Made by a program: the position numbers and the translations under genes | Origin: a virus | Lineage: Duplodnaviria > Caudoviricetes | Reading direction: 5' to 3' (one strand) | DNA length: 40,043 nt | Virus record (IMG/VR): IMGVR_UViG_3300037423_001244 | Span: 1 to 40,043 of that record | The notes under the pieces: generated by a model | Seen by the model: only the letters and a program-made list of their open reading frames with translations | Database searches by the model: none | What the model was told of the DNA's origin: nothing | Shown: positions 17,582 to 26,051 of the stretch, piece by piece | Numbering within the stretch: the first letter of the stretch is position 1 | Layout: each line of letters starts with the position of its first letter

Positions 17582-18004
17582 TCAGACGCTGAGAAGCTGA
17601 CGGGCCTCTGGGAACGAGACGGCGGTCGCTGCTTGATCCCACTCGGTGACTCGGAAGGTGTTCCCGCCTCCCTGCTGCGCAGCTTCATAGAGCATCCCGA
17701 TCGTCGCCTGCGGCGAAGCGAGGGCTGCATCGTCCAACGCCTGGCGGTCGGCCGGCCGCACCTCGAACATCTGGAGGTCGTCCGCATCGACGTCCTTGGC
17801 GAGAGCTACTGTGACAGGCGGGCGGTGTGCGTGCACGCGTGCCATAACGTCCTGGATGGTCTCGTCGTACTGGGCGACGATCACGGCCTGCCCTGACTGG
17901 AAGCCGTTATGCGCAAGGAAGTGACGTCCTTCAGGAGTAGCCATAAGGCGCCCGAACAACCTTGTCGCGTGCAACCTGACTTCTTCTACGTTCACTGACA
18001 CCAC
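17582..18004 (-). CDS. Hypothetical protein, possible antitoxin/partner
   Basis: AGGAGG RBS, overlaps upstream gene, lower-GC codon usage. Confidence 0.7.
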   Translation of the reverse strand: MVSVNVEEVRLHATRLFGRLMATPEGRHFLAHNGFQSGQAVIVAQYDETIQDVMARVHAHRPPVTVALAKDVDADDLQMFEVRPADRQALDDAALASPQATIGMLYEAAQQGGGNTFRVTEWDQAATAVSFPEARQLLSV

Positions 18005-18414
18005 CTCCTGTGGTTTGCCATGTACTCACTCAGCATCCGGTCATACATCGGCGTGAAATGTGAATCCACCGTAGCCCACGATTCCGATCCCGAGTAGAGC
18101 GTAGCAATCGGTTGCTGGTCCATGAGATCGACCCCCTGTCGATCAAAAACGTGGCGGTGGAGCATGCCGTGGCAGCAGTCTATCCGAGCGACGTCGTGGA
18201 TCCCGGCAGCGTTCTCGAATCTCTGCATGATGGCGAACCACACTATGAAGTTCCGGTAGAGACGCTGATGAACGTGCAGGCTGTGGCCGTCACCCAGGAA
18301 GACGGGGTAGTTGACCACCTCGCACAGATGCTCGTCTGGCGGCCGGTAGAGCGCTGGCTGCGGGGTGGGCGACATGTTCACGGGCTTCTTCCCAGTCTTG
18401 CGGTTCCTGCCCAA
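17992..18414 (-). CDS. DUF7718/TumE-like His-motif protein (putative toxin)
   Basis: VARIDCCHGMLHRHVF motif; AGGGGG RBS before TTG 18414; lower GC. Confidence 0.65.
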   Translation of the reverse strand: MGRNRKTGKKPVNMSPTPQPALYRPPDEHLCEVVNYPVFLGDGHSLHVHQRLYRNFIVWFAIMQRFENAAGIHDVARIDCCHGMLHRHVFDRQGVDLMDQQPIATLYSGSESWATVDSHFTPMYDRMLSEYMANHRRWCQ

Positions 18415-18621
18415 CGTGCGCCCCCTGAGTTGCTTTCGGCAACCAAGTCTACAATCCAGAGCTGCCGGGAGGGCAGGCTCACCGGAAACGCGACGGTTTG
18501 CGAAACTGAAGGTGGAACCCCGAGGAACCGGGGGCGGGCGCCGCCTGCTTCGTTCCCTGTTGTTTCCACCACTGTTCCACATCCACCGGCATCAGTGGCC
18601 TCGGGTTTCCTGTACCCCGAC

Positions 18622-18657
18622 TCTCTTGGTCGGGGGTTCGATTCCCTCCTGGGGCGC
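18622..18657 (+). other. attP core = 3' half of a tRNA (probably tRNA-Arg)
   Basis: TCTCTTGGTCGGGGGTTCGATTCCCTCCTGGGGCGC contains a T-arm and acceptor 3' strand; no 5' half; adjacent to the integrase 3' end. Confidence 0.85.
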
Positions 18658-18660
18658 TTT

Positions 18661-18697
18661 CTGGCCCGGAATCATGCGGCTGGCGATTCCGGGCCAG
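18661..18697. terminator. Hairpin between attP and the integrase end
   Basis: CTGGCCCGGAATC...GATTCCGGGCCAG 13-bp stem. Confidence 0.7.
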
Positions 18698-18723
18698 TCC
18701 CATTCTCAGGCCGGATTCACCGG

Positions 18724-19899
18724 TTACTCACCGCTTTCGCTTTCCTCTTTCCGCGCCGCGAGGGCTTCGAGCGCGAGCGATCCGACGATCTGCGGGGCCC
18801 GTTCGATGTAGTGCCGCAGGGTCACGGCGTCGCCCTTGTGGCCGAGCTGCTTCGCTGCCACCTCGGACCCGTCCTCCGCGTCGACGATCGTCGCTACTGT
18901 CTTCCTGAGCACCTTCTGCGTCACCCACTCCATCCCACTGCCCCCGAGCACGCGGTCCCATGACCTGCGCATCGCTCGGGGGTCTTTTGTCGTGCCCACG
19001 TCCGAGGGGAACACGAGCCAGTCCCCCGGCCTCGCCTGCCGGCGCTCGGCGAGGGCGGCTGCGGCGAAGGACGGGAGGCGGACGTCGCGGGTGTCCCTGC
19101 CCTTGGTCCTGACCCGGAGGACGCCCTGGCCGGTGAAGCGGCGCGCCTGCCACTGGATCCGCACCCATGGCCGGTCGGTGTCCAGGTGCACGTCCTCCCA
19201 TGCGAGCCCGAGGGCCTCGGCCGGGCGGCAGCCAGTGCCGGCGAGGAACTCGAGGACGTCGGCGGCGGTGGTCGCGGCGGTGTTGTACCGGCGGGGCCGG
19301 TGCGCCCGGAGGATGGCGCGGAGCTCGTGGAACTGCTCGAGCGTCATGGCCTTCGGGTCCTTGGGCTGGACGCGGACCTGGGAGACGGCGTCGGCCGGGG
19401 ATGTGGTGAGTGCGCCGAGGCGGACGGCGCGGCGGAACATGGCGGTGAGCACCCACCGGCACCGCTTGGCCGTGCCGGGGTGCTCGGCGGCGAGGCCCGT
19501 GACGAGTGCCTCGAGGTGCGGTGTGCCGACCTGCCGCAGTTCCAGCGCCCCTAACGCCGGGATGATGCGGAGGTCGAGCTCGCCGCGGATCGCCTCGAGG
19601 GAGGACAGGGCGAGCGCGTCGATGCCGGTGCGGGCCTGCTCGGCCTTGTAGTGCACCTCGGCGAGGTCCTCGACGGTCGACGATGGGCCGAGGTCTCCCC
19701 CGGTGAGCTCGCCGACCTTCTCCCGCACGCGGGCGCGGAGTGCGGCCTCTGCGCCGGTGCGGGAGGTGCCGCGGGCGCGTGCCGGCTTCACGACGCCGTC
19801 GTGGCGGCAGTACCTCGCGGAGGCCTCGAAGAGCTTGGGGCCGAGCTGGCGGGTGCTGATGTGCCCGTGCTCTCCGGGCTGCAGCCTAGGCCGCGGCAT
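18724..19899 (-). CDS. int: Tyrosine integrase
   Basis: TGCRPAE (R), RTKG (K), KVLRKT (H-x-x-R variant), QLGH, TLRHY (Y). Confidence 0.95.
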   Translation of the reverse strand: MPRPRLQPGEHGHISTRQLGPKLFEASARYCRHDGVVKPARARGTSRTGAEAALRARVREKVGELTGGDLGPSSTVEDLAEVHYKAEQARTGIDALALSSLEAIRGELDLRIIPALGALELRQVGTPHLEALVTGLAAEHPGTAKRCRWVLTAMFRRAVRLGALTTSPADAVSQVRVQPKDPKAMTLEQFHELRAILRAHRPRRYNTAATTAADVLEFLAGTGCRPAEALGLAWEDVHLDTDRPWVRIQWQARRFTGQGVLRVRTKGRDTRDVRLPSFAAAALAERRQARPGDWLVFPSDVGTTKDPRAMRRSWDRVLGGSGMEWVTQKVLRKTVATIVDAEDGSEVAAKQLGHKGDAVTLRHYIERAPQIVGSLALEALAARKEESESGE

Positions 19900-20278
19900 C
19901 GGGGAACCTGAACTTCATGGCCGGGCAGGCCCGGCACTCGTGGCAGCCGACGCGCCGCGCTTCCTCGTCGGTGAGGATCACGGTGCGGTCCATGAGGACG
20001 CGCTTGGTGACCCCGAGCGCGGCGGCGCCCTGTTCGATGTCGCCGCGGCAGCGGGCGGCCATGTCCTCCACGGTGAGGCACCTCCTGGCCGTCTCGGCGC
20101 GGACCACGTTCTCGATGTGCTCTGGCTGGTGGGTGCTGTGGCCCATCTCGTGGTGGACGAGCTCGTGCTGGACGGTGCAGAACACCTGGGCGGCGTTGAG
20201 CCTGTCGTCGATGTAGATGGTGTGGCCGTCGGTCTGTCCGTGGATTCCGTCTGGCAGTCGTCGGCGGATGATCCTCAT
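19886..20278 (-). CDS. ImmA/IrrE-like metallopeptidase (antirepressor)
   Basis: HELVH (HExxH) plus downstream E; between repressor and integrase. Confidence 0.85.
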   Translation of the reverse strand: MRIIRRRLPDGIHGQTDGHTIYIDDRLNAAQVFCTVQHELVHHEMGHSTHQPEHIENVVRAETARRCLTVEDMAARCRGDIEQGAAALGVTKRVLMDRTVILTDEEARRVGCHECRACPAMKFRFPDAAA

Positions 20279-20334
20279 GGTTGTGCGCTTCCCCTAACTC
20301 GGGGGTCCCCCTATGGCCCCCCGGCATGGTCCCC

Positions 20335-20356
20335 ATGGTGCGTGGGTCCACCGACA
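20335..20356 (-). promoter_or_regulatory. PafBC/RecA-NDp-like promoter
   Basis: Minus strand TGTCGG-N10-CACCAT versus consensus TGTCGG-N10-TANNNT. Confidence 0.6.
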
Positions 20357-20364
20357 TCCTAGGT

Positions 20365-20380
20365 TCGAACACCTGTTCGA
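20365..20380. promoter_or_regulatory. LexA (SOS) box
   Basis: TCGAAC-ACCT-GTTCGA, perfect actinobacterial consensus, next to minus-strand -10 TAGGAT (20356-20361). Confidence 0.9.
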
Positions 20381-20453
20381 AAGACGAGGAAACCGAGCCG
20401 GCGACGCCGACACGCCTCAGATCATGCGGCTGGTGTGCCGAAGGTGAGCTTGC

Positions 20454-20918
20454 TCACGTCTCGTCGGGCGCGCCGGGCTCGCCGCCCTTGGGTTCCGGCG
20501 TGTCGTCGGCGGCCAGCGCGTACAGACTGCGGGGGGCACCGGGTGCCGCGGCCTCGAGGCGCCGGCGGCGATCGCCGAGGCGCCAGGTCAGCTCCTCGAG
20601 CAGCTCCGCATCGGAGAGGTCGCGGGCGGAGGTGACGCCGCCATAGGCGTCCTCGTCCGGGGCCGCGAGGTCGGACAGGTTGACGCGGGAGGGGTCGTCG
20701 GCGGCGAGGACGAGCTCGGAGGCGTTCGGCACCCAGCCGAGGGCGGCCTCGATCTGGCGGAGGTTGGCGCCGAGGGGGATCCGCTCGCCGCGCTCGGCGT
20801 TCAGGATGGTTCGGCCGCTGATCCCGCCGGCTTCCCGGCCGAGGGTGTCCGCTGACCATCCGCGCTGTTCCCTGGCCTGCCGGATGAGGCGGCCGAGGCG
20901 TTCCTTGTGTTCATCCAT
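20454..20918 (-). CDS. Immunity repressor (XRE HTH)
   Basis: LIRQAREQRGWSADTLGREAGGISGRTILNAERG HTH; likely leaderless start 7 nt after CACGAT -10. Confidence 0.9.
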   Translation of the reverse strand: MDEHKERLGRLIRQAREQRGWSADTLGREAGGISGRTILNAERGERIPLGANLRQIEAALGWVPNASELVLAADDPSRVNLSDLAAPDEDAYGGVTSARDLSDAELLEELTWRLGDRRRRLEAAAPGAPRSLYALAADDTPEPKGGEPGAPDET

Positions 20919-20930
20919 GCCGCCCATCGT

Positions 20931-21131
20931 GAGTGGAAACCAGTGGAAAACACAAACATCTTCCCGGTGTTTCCAGCACGCCTCATGAGGAAACCCAGTC
21001 CTGTAATTACGCCCATGCTTCCCAGTGATTACGCGGGATCGGGCCGCATGTTCCCCGTGTTTCCAGTCCAAGCTTGACATCGTTTCCACTCTTTTCCTAT
21101 GCTGTCCAAACCAGCAGGAAAGGCTAGGAAA
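20931..21131. promoter_or_regulatory. Divergent lysis-lysogeny switch with phased TTCC repeats
   Basis: Rightward TTGACA(21074)-18-TATGCT(21098); leftward TTGTGT-18-CACGAT; multiple TTCC-N6-TTCC pairs. Confidence 0.8.
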
Positions 21132-21415
21132 TGACCAAGCACCAGAGGGCCATCGCCCCCGAAGACGCACGGGTCATCGAGACCGTCGCCGCTCTCATCT
21201 CCAAGGAGACCGACAACGGCACCCTGACCCAGTCCCAGATCGCCACACTCCTCGGCGTGTCCAGCTCGACCCTGTCGAACTGGCTCGCCAAGCGCCGCCG
21301 CATCCCCGGCAAGTACCACGAGCGCCTCGCCGAGATCCTCGGCGTCACCCGACTCGCGATCTCCCGCCCCGAGATCATCGCCGAGCTCGAAGCCCTCACC
21401 ACCGACGCCGCCTGA
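21131..21415 (+). CDS. Cro-like HTH protein
   Basis: LTQSQIATLLGVSSSTLSNWL HTH; divergent from the repressor. Confidence 0.85.
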   Translation: MTKHQRAIAPEDARVIETVAALISKETDNGTLTQSQIATLLGVSSSTLSNWLAKRRRIPGKYHERLAEILGVTRLAISRPEIIAELEALTTDAA

Positions 21416-21440
21416 GAACCGCACCGGAAGGACACAGCCC

Positions 21441-21641
21441 ATGAGCAAGCCCAAGCCCGTGCGGGACCGCCTCGACCGGCACCGCATCTATAAGGACCCC
21501 AGCCAGCCGAACCTCTGGTGGGCCCTCACCCCGATCGACGACGCGACCGGCGCATGGCGCGGGACGTACGCCGAGGCCGCGGAGTGGATGCGCACCCACC
21601 TCACCCTCAAGGCCGCCTTCGCCGAAGGGGTGGCCCTCTGA
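21441..21641 (+). CDS. Hypothetical protein
   Basis: GAAGGA RBS; operonic. Confidence 0.7.
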   Translation: MSKPKPVRDRLDRHRIYKDPSQPNLWWALTPIDDATGAWRGTYAEAAEWMRTHLTLKAAFAEGVAL

Positions 21642-21772
21642 TGGATCCCTTCACCTGGTGGATGCTCGTCATCCTCGGCGCCTTCTCCGCCCTCGCGATC
21701 CTCGGCGACATCCTCGCCCCGCCGCAGGCACCCACCCCCGAGGACTTCCAGACCGAGGACGAGCTCCCGTGA
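21641..21772 (+). CDS. Small single-TM protein
   Basis: TGATG coupling; MDPFTWWMLVILGAFSALAILG. Confidence 0.65.
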   Translation: MDPFTWWMLVILGAFSALAILGDILAPPQAPTPEDFQTEDELP

Positions 21773-22041
21773 GCACGGCCATCGCACTCGAGGACCTCGA
21801 CTGGTCCGCCGACGCCCGCCAGGCGATCGAGACCGCGTGCCGGAACACCCAGCCGATCACCGCCGAGACCCTGCGCGACGCAGGCCTCCGCGAACCGCCC
21901 CGCCCGTCCATGTGGGGCGCAGCGTTCCGGGCCGCCCGGGACGCCGGCCTCATCCACCGCGTCGGCTATGCCATCGCCACCCGCCCCGAGCGCCGCGGCG
22001 CCGTCCTCGCCGTCTGGCACCCCAAGACCACCCTCTTCTGA
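21769..22041 (+). CDS. Hypothetical protein
   Basis: GTGA coupling; PSMWGAAFRAARDAGLI...VW phage-type motif. Confidence 0.7.
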   Translation: MSTAIALEDLDWSADARQAIETACRNTQPITAETLRDAGLREPPRPSMWGAAFRAARDAGLIHRVGYAIATRPERRGAVLAVWHPKTTLF

Positions 22042-22069
22042 CCTGAGAACCCGGAAGGAACCCACCATC

Positions 22070-22930
22070 ATGGCCGCACCCAAGCCATCACCCGTCCCGA
22101 AGCCCGGCGGCCTCGTGTTCAACGAGGCATCCCACCGCTACAAGCTCGACGGCCGCCCCGTCCGCGGCGTCACCGGCCTCATCGGCGCCGGCATCCCCAA
22201 GGACAACCTCATCCCCTGGGCGGCCGAGTGCGCCGCCAAGCTCTACCTCGCCGACGACGCGAACCTCGCCGAACTCGCCCGCCTCGACCCAGACGAGTTC
22301 ACCCGCCGGATGAAGTGGGCCCACAGGGACGTCCGCGACGCCGCAGGGGTCACCGGCACCCGTGTCCACGACCTCGCCGAGCAGCTGCACGCCACCGGCG
22401 AGTGCGACGCCGACGACGACGTCGCCTCCTACGTCGAGGGCTACGTCCAGTTCCTCGACGAGTGGCAGATCACCCCGCTCCTCATGGAGCGCCCGGTCGC
22501 GTCCCGGAAGCACTGGTACGCGGGCAAGTTCGACCTGTTCGCCACCTCCCCGCTCCTCGCCGGCGGCGAGCTCGTGCAGATCGACCTCAAGACGTCCAAG
22601 GGCGTCTACGGCGAGACCGCGCTGCAGACCGCCGCGTACGCCAAGGCCGAGTTCTTCATCGACCAGGACGGCCGCGAGCACCCGCTCCCCAAGGTCCAGG
22701 CCACGTACGTCGCCCACGTGACGCCGCTGGACCGCGACGGCGAGCATGCCCGCTACGAGGGCAGGCCGCTGGGCACCTCGCTCTACCCGCTCGCCGAGAC
22801 ACCTGAGCAGATCGAGGAGCACTTCAACTGGTTCCTCGCCGCCGCATACACGGCCAAGACCACGGCCGAGCGCGGCAAGCTCGCCACCGCTCCCCTCACC
22901 ATCCCCGCCACCTCTGGAAAGGCAGCATGA
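22070..22930 (+). CDS. PD-(D/E)XK exonuclease (Cas4/RecE-like)
   Basis: GTRVH, YAGKFD, IDLKT, LQTAAY motifs. Confidence 0.85.
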   Translation: MAAPKPSPVPKPGGLVFNEASHRYKLDGRPVRGVTGLIGAGIPKDNLIPWAAECAAKLYLADDANLAELARLDPDEFTRRMKWAHRDVRDAAGVTGTRVHDLAEQLHATGECDADDDVASYVEGYVQFLDEWQITPLLMERPVASRKHWYAGKFDLFATSPLLAGGELVQIDLKTSKGVYGETALQTAAYAKAEFFIDQDGREHPLPKVQATYVAHVTPLDRDGEHARYEGRPLGTSLYPLAETPEQIEEHFNWFLAAAYTAKTTAERGKLATAPLTIPATSGKAA

Positions 22931-23949
22931 CCATGACCGAGATCGTCCTCCCCCAGGCCGCGCCCGCGCCGGCCGCCATCACCCCGGCGCTGCCGCGCAC
23001 CGCGGACGTCATTCAGATCGCCGAGTGGGCCGCCGAGCTCGCCGCCGCCCGGGAGCTCGCGACGATGCTCGCGCACTCCAACTTCCTGCCCATGAACCTG
23101 CGCATGAAGGGCAAGAACAACTTCAAGTCCCCGGACGAGCTCGTCGCCGACGGGACCGCGATCATCCTCGCCGGGAAGTCGGTGGGCATGGACCCGATGC
23201 AGTCCGTGCAGAACATCTTCCCCGTCCACGGACAGCCCTCCATGTACGCCCGCTCGATGCAGGCCATCGTCATCGCCGCGGGGCACGAGGTCGAGCGCTC
23301 CGCCGCGACGGACACCGCGGTCACCGTCCGGGCCCGCCGCAAGGGGTCGAAGGAGTGGAAGGACTACACCTGGACGATCGACCGGGCCAAGCGCGCCGGG
23401 TACACCTCGAACCCCAAGTACCAGTCCGACCCGATCGGCATGCTCACCGCCAAGGCCCTCGCCGAGGCGTGCCGCCTCACCGCCCCCGACGTGCTCCTCG
23501 GCATGGCGTACTCGAAGGAGGAGCTCGAGCTCGAGGACCTCGGCGAGACCGACCAGCCCCAGCCCGCGGCCCCGGCTGCCGAGGAGAAGCCCAAGCGGAA
23601 GGTGCAGCGCAGGCCGGCGGCCAACGCCGCCCCGGCCCCGTCGCTGCCGCCCGTGGTGAACGACGCCCCCGAGGGCACCGAGGCCGAGCAGCACGAGCCC
23701 GACGTCGTCGACACCGAGACCGGCGAGCTGCCAGAGACGGCCACCCCGGGCCAGATCGACGCGCTCGTCACCGAGCTCAACCGTGCCGGGCACACCACGA
23801 AGGCGGCCAAGGCCGACGCGATCGAGCAGGTCCTCGGAGTCCGCAAGTCCGCCACCCAGCTCACGCCCGAGGAAGCCGTCGAGCTCGCGATGCACTTCGC
23901 GGACGAGGCCGACGGCGTCGTGCCCGATGAGGCACCCGCGACGGCCTAG
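22927..23949 (+). CDS. RecT-like single-strand annealing protein
   Basis: [30 protein letters not shown]...APDVLLG; paired with the exonuclease. Confidence 0.75.
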   Translation: MTMTEIVLPQAAPAPAAITPALPRTADVIQIAEWAAELAAARELATMLAHSNFLPMNLRMKGKNNFKSPDELVADGTAIILAGKSVGMDPMQSVQNIFPVHGQPSMYARSMQAIVIAAGHEVERSAATDTAVTVRARRKGSKEWKDYTWTIDRAKRAGYTSNPKYQSDPIGMLTAKALAEACRLTAPDVLLGMAYSKEELELEDLGETDQPQPAAPAAEEKPKRKVQRRPAANAAPAPSLPPVVNDAPEGTEAEQHEPDVVDTETGELPETATPGQIDALVTELNRAGHTTKAAKADAIEQVLGVRKSATQLTPEEAVELAMHFADEADGVVPDEAPATA

Positions 23950-24130
23950 CGGGTTCCCGCCCCGCTGCCGGGCCTGCGCGAAGGTCGCGTGCCAGGACAT
24001 CGAGTCCGCGAGGTTCTGGCACGCGGCCGCCGCCGCCAACCACGGCAACTGGGAGCCCGTCCGCTTCTACCAATGCAAGACCGGTGCCTGGCACTGGACC
24101 CATCAACTCGAGAGACGAGCAGCAGCATGA
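23927..24130 (+). CDS. Hypothetical Cys/His protein
   Basis: CRACAK...FYQC...WHWT. Confidence 0.55.
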   Translation: MRHPRRPSGFPPRCRACAKVACQDIESARFWHAAAAANHGNWEPVRFYQCKTGAWHWTHQLERRAAA

Positions 24131-24306
24131 ACACCCGATACATCATCCGCACGACCGACGGTCGCTCGCGCTACCTCGACGCCTACACCGCCACAAACCT
24201 CATCGAGGCCTTCAAGCAGACCGGAACGGTGTGCGGCGTCGTGACCATCGACGACGAGCACATCGTCGCCTCCCACATCGTCAGCATCGAGAAGGTGGCT
24301 GCCTGA
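24127..24306 (+). CDS. Hypothetical protein
   Basis: ATGA and TGATG couplings on both sides. Confidence 0.65.
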   Translation: MNTRYIIRTTDGRSRYLDAYTATNLIEAFKQTGTVCGVVTIDDEHIVASHIVSIEKVAA

Positions 24307-24812
24307 TGTCCGGCGAGACCACGATCACTGTGATCGGCAATCTGACCAACGACCCCGAGCTCCGGTTCACGCCGAGCGGGTCAGCGGTCGCGAACTTCAC
24401 CATCGCGTCCACCCCGCGCACGTTCGACAAGCAGGCGAACGAGTGGAAGGACGGCGAGGCACTGTTCCTCCGCGCCTCGATCTGGCGGGAGGAGGCCGAG
24501 AACGTCGCGGAGTCCCTGACCAAGGGCATGCGCGTCATCGTCTCCGGGCGGCTCAAGTCCCGCTCGTACGAGACGAAGGAGGGCGAGAAGCGGACCGTGA
24601 TCGAGCTCGAGGTCGACGAGATCGGCCCCTCGCTCCGGTACGCGGCGGCGAAGGTAACCCGGACCCAGCGCTCGGGCGGGGGCGGCCAGCAGGGCAGCGG
24701 CTCATGGTCTCCCAGCACTCAGCAGGGCGCCGGCGGCTGGGGCGCGACGGCCGCGGCCGACCAGGCATGGGGCACCCAGCAGACCACCGCCGACAACGAG
24801 CCCCCCTTCTAG
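24306..24812 (+). CDS. ssb: Single-stranded DNA-binding protein
   Basis: [25 protein letters not shown]...DNEPPF, actinobacterial SSB. Confidence 0.95.
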   Translation: MSGETTITVIGNLTNDPELRFTPSGSAVANFTIASTPRTFDKQANEWKDGEALFLRASIWREEAENVAESLTKGMRVIVSGRLKSRSYETKEGEKRTVIELEVDEIGPSLRYAAAKVTRTQRSGGGGQQGSGSWSPSTQQGAGGWGATAAADQAWGTQQTTADNEPPF

Positions 24813-24963
24813 CCATGGGCCCGGATCCTCTCGCGTGGCGCCACAAGGCGCTCGACCAGCTCATGCAGACGTTCCGGGACGAGACCACCCCGCGGGGCCG
24901 CGACACTGCGGCACCGGTGGCGGCCCCGCACCCCATCACCAGCACCACCACAAGGACAGCACC

Positions 24964-25263
24964 GTGACCATCACCGACATCACCACCAAGATCCAGGCCC
25001 GCGACGGCGTCGCCACCGTCCTCTACACCAAGCCCGACTGCCGCCAGTGCGACATGACCAAGATGCTCCTCGACCGGGAGGACATCCACTACACCGCCGT
25101 CGACGTCACCGAGGACCCGGACGCGCTCGACTTCATCAAGGCACTCGGCTACATGGCCGCCCCCGTCGTCTACACCAGCACCGAGACGGGCGACGTCCAC
25201 TGGTCCGGGTTCCAGCCGACCAAGATCCGCGAGCACATCACCCACCGGCCCGAGGCGGCGTGA
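24964..25263 (+). CDS. nrdH: NrdH-like glutaredoxin
   Basis: YTKPDCRQC, LGYMAAPVV, WSGFQP; AAGGA RBS. Confidence 0.85.
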   Translation: MTITDITTKIQARDGVATVLYTKPDCRQCDMTKMLLDREDIHYTAVDVTEDPDALDFIKALGYMAAPVVYTSTETGDVHWSGFQPTKIREHITHRPEAA

Positions 25264-25264
25264 C

Positions 25265-25516
25265 ATGTCCGGATACGTGTGGAACGGATCGCTCAGCGAC
25301 CTGCAGGAGGAGGCGGACCGGCGCCGCTGGGCGCGCCTCGACCACGCCGAGCTCGCCAGGGAACAGCTCGCCGTCTGCGCGGACACCGCTAGGCAGCGCT
25401 ACCAGCACGCCCTCGAAGCCCGCGGCCTCTCGCTCCACTTCTCCGAGCCGTCACGGTTCGGCGGCCGCGACGGACTCGTCACGGCAACGCATGAGGCGTT
25501 CGGGGTGGCGGCATGA
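25265..25516 (+). CDS. Hypothetical protein
   Basis: Operonic spacing and ATGA coupling. Confidence 0.65.
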   Translation: MSGYVWNGSLSDLQEEADRRRWARLDHAELAREQLAVCADTARQRYQHALEARGLSLHFSEPSRFGGRDGLVTATHEAFGVAA

Positions 25517-25851
25517 GGCAGACAGAGAAGTGCAACACGTGCGGGCGGCCGATGCTCATGGGCTCCAACCGCGACTATCAGCCTGGCGTCCTCACCCACG
25601 GCGGCAACGGCCAGTGCCGCGCCTGCCGGGCCCGCATCCCAGCGCTCGTCGAGCGCCTCACGACCGCCGGCCGCGACTCCGCCGAGCTCGACGTCGCCAC
25701 GGTCCGTGCCTCGGTGGACGCCCTCATCGAGGACCGGCGAGCGCGGGGCGTCCCATGGTGCGGCCTCGCCCCGGAGCCGCGCACCTTCAAGGAGGAGCGC
25801 CTCACGCCGGGCACCCACCGCCACACCGACTGGGCGGAGGCCGCCGCGTGA
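25513..25851 (+). CDS. Hypothetical zinc-finger protein
   Basis: CNTCGRPM...HGGNGQCRAC. Confidence 0.65.
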   Translation: MRQTEKCNTCGRPMLMGSNRDYQPGVLTHGGNGQCRACRARIPALVERLTTAGRDSAELDVATVRASVDALIEDRRARGVPWCGLAPEPRTFKEERLTPGTHRHTDWAEAAA

Positions 25852-26051
25852 GCCGCAACGACCCGTGCAAGGCCGGGTGCTGCAAGACCCCATTCGGGGT
25901 CTGCGCGAAGCAGCGCACCTGCAACCACCACCACGACGCCGAGTACAAGGCCGCGCAGGCGGCCATCGCCGCCGAGCAGGCACAGGCCGCCCGGCGCGAA
26001 GGGCAGCGCGAGGACCAGCGCGCCTACCACACACGACCCAGGGGGAAATGA
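25848..26051 (+). CDS. Hypothetical Cys/His-rich protein
   Basis: GTGA coupling; CKAGCC...C...CNHHH. Confidence 0.6.
   Translation: MSRNDPCKAGCCKTPFGVCAKQRTCNHHHDAEYKAAQAAIAAEQAQAARREGQREDQRAYHTRPRGK

Noticed and set aside
18590-18660. Complete tRNA gene
   Set aside because: Only the 3' half is present; no matching acceptor 5' strand, D arm or anticodon loop, so it is treated as attP
20919-21170. N-terminal extension of the repressor given by the ORF track
   Set aside because: Runs through the promoter/operator region and into cro; the HTH begins right after ATG 20918
22070-22930. CRISPR-associated Cas4 or a CRISPR array
   Set aside because: No repeat-spacer array or other cas genes seen; context with RecT/SSB indicates a recombination exonuclease
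24815-24967. 50-aa ORF between ssb and nrdH
   Set aside because: No clear RBS or motif and it overlaps a GC hairpin; GTGA coupling makes it possible but it is not supportable
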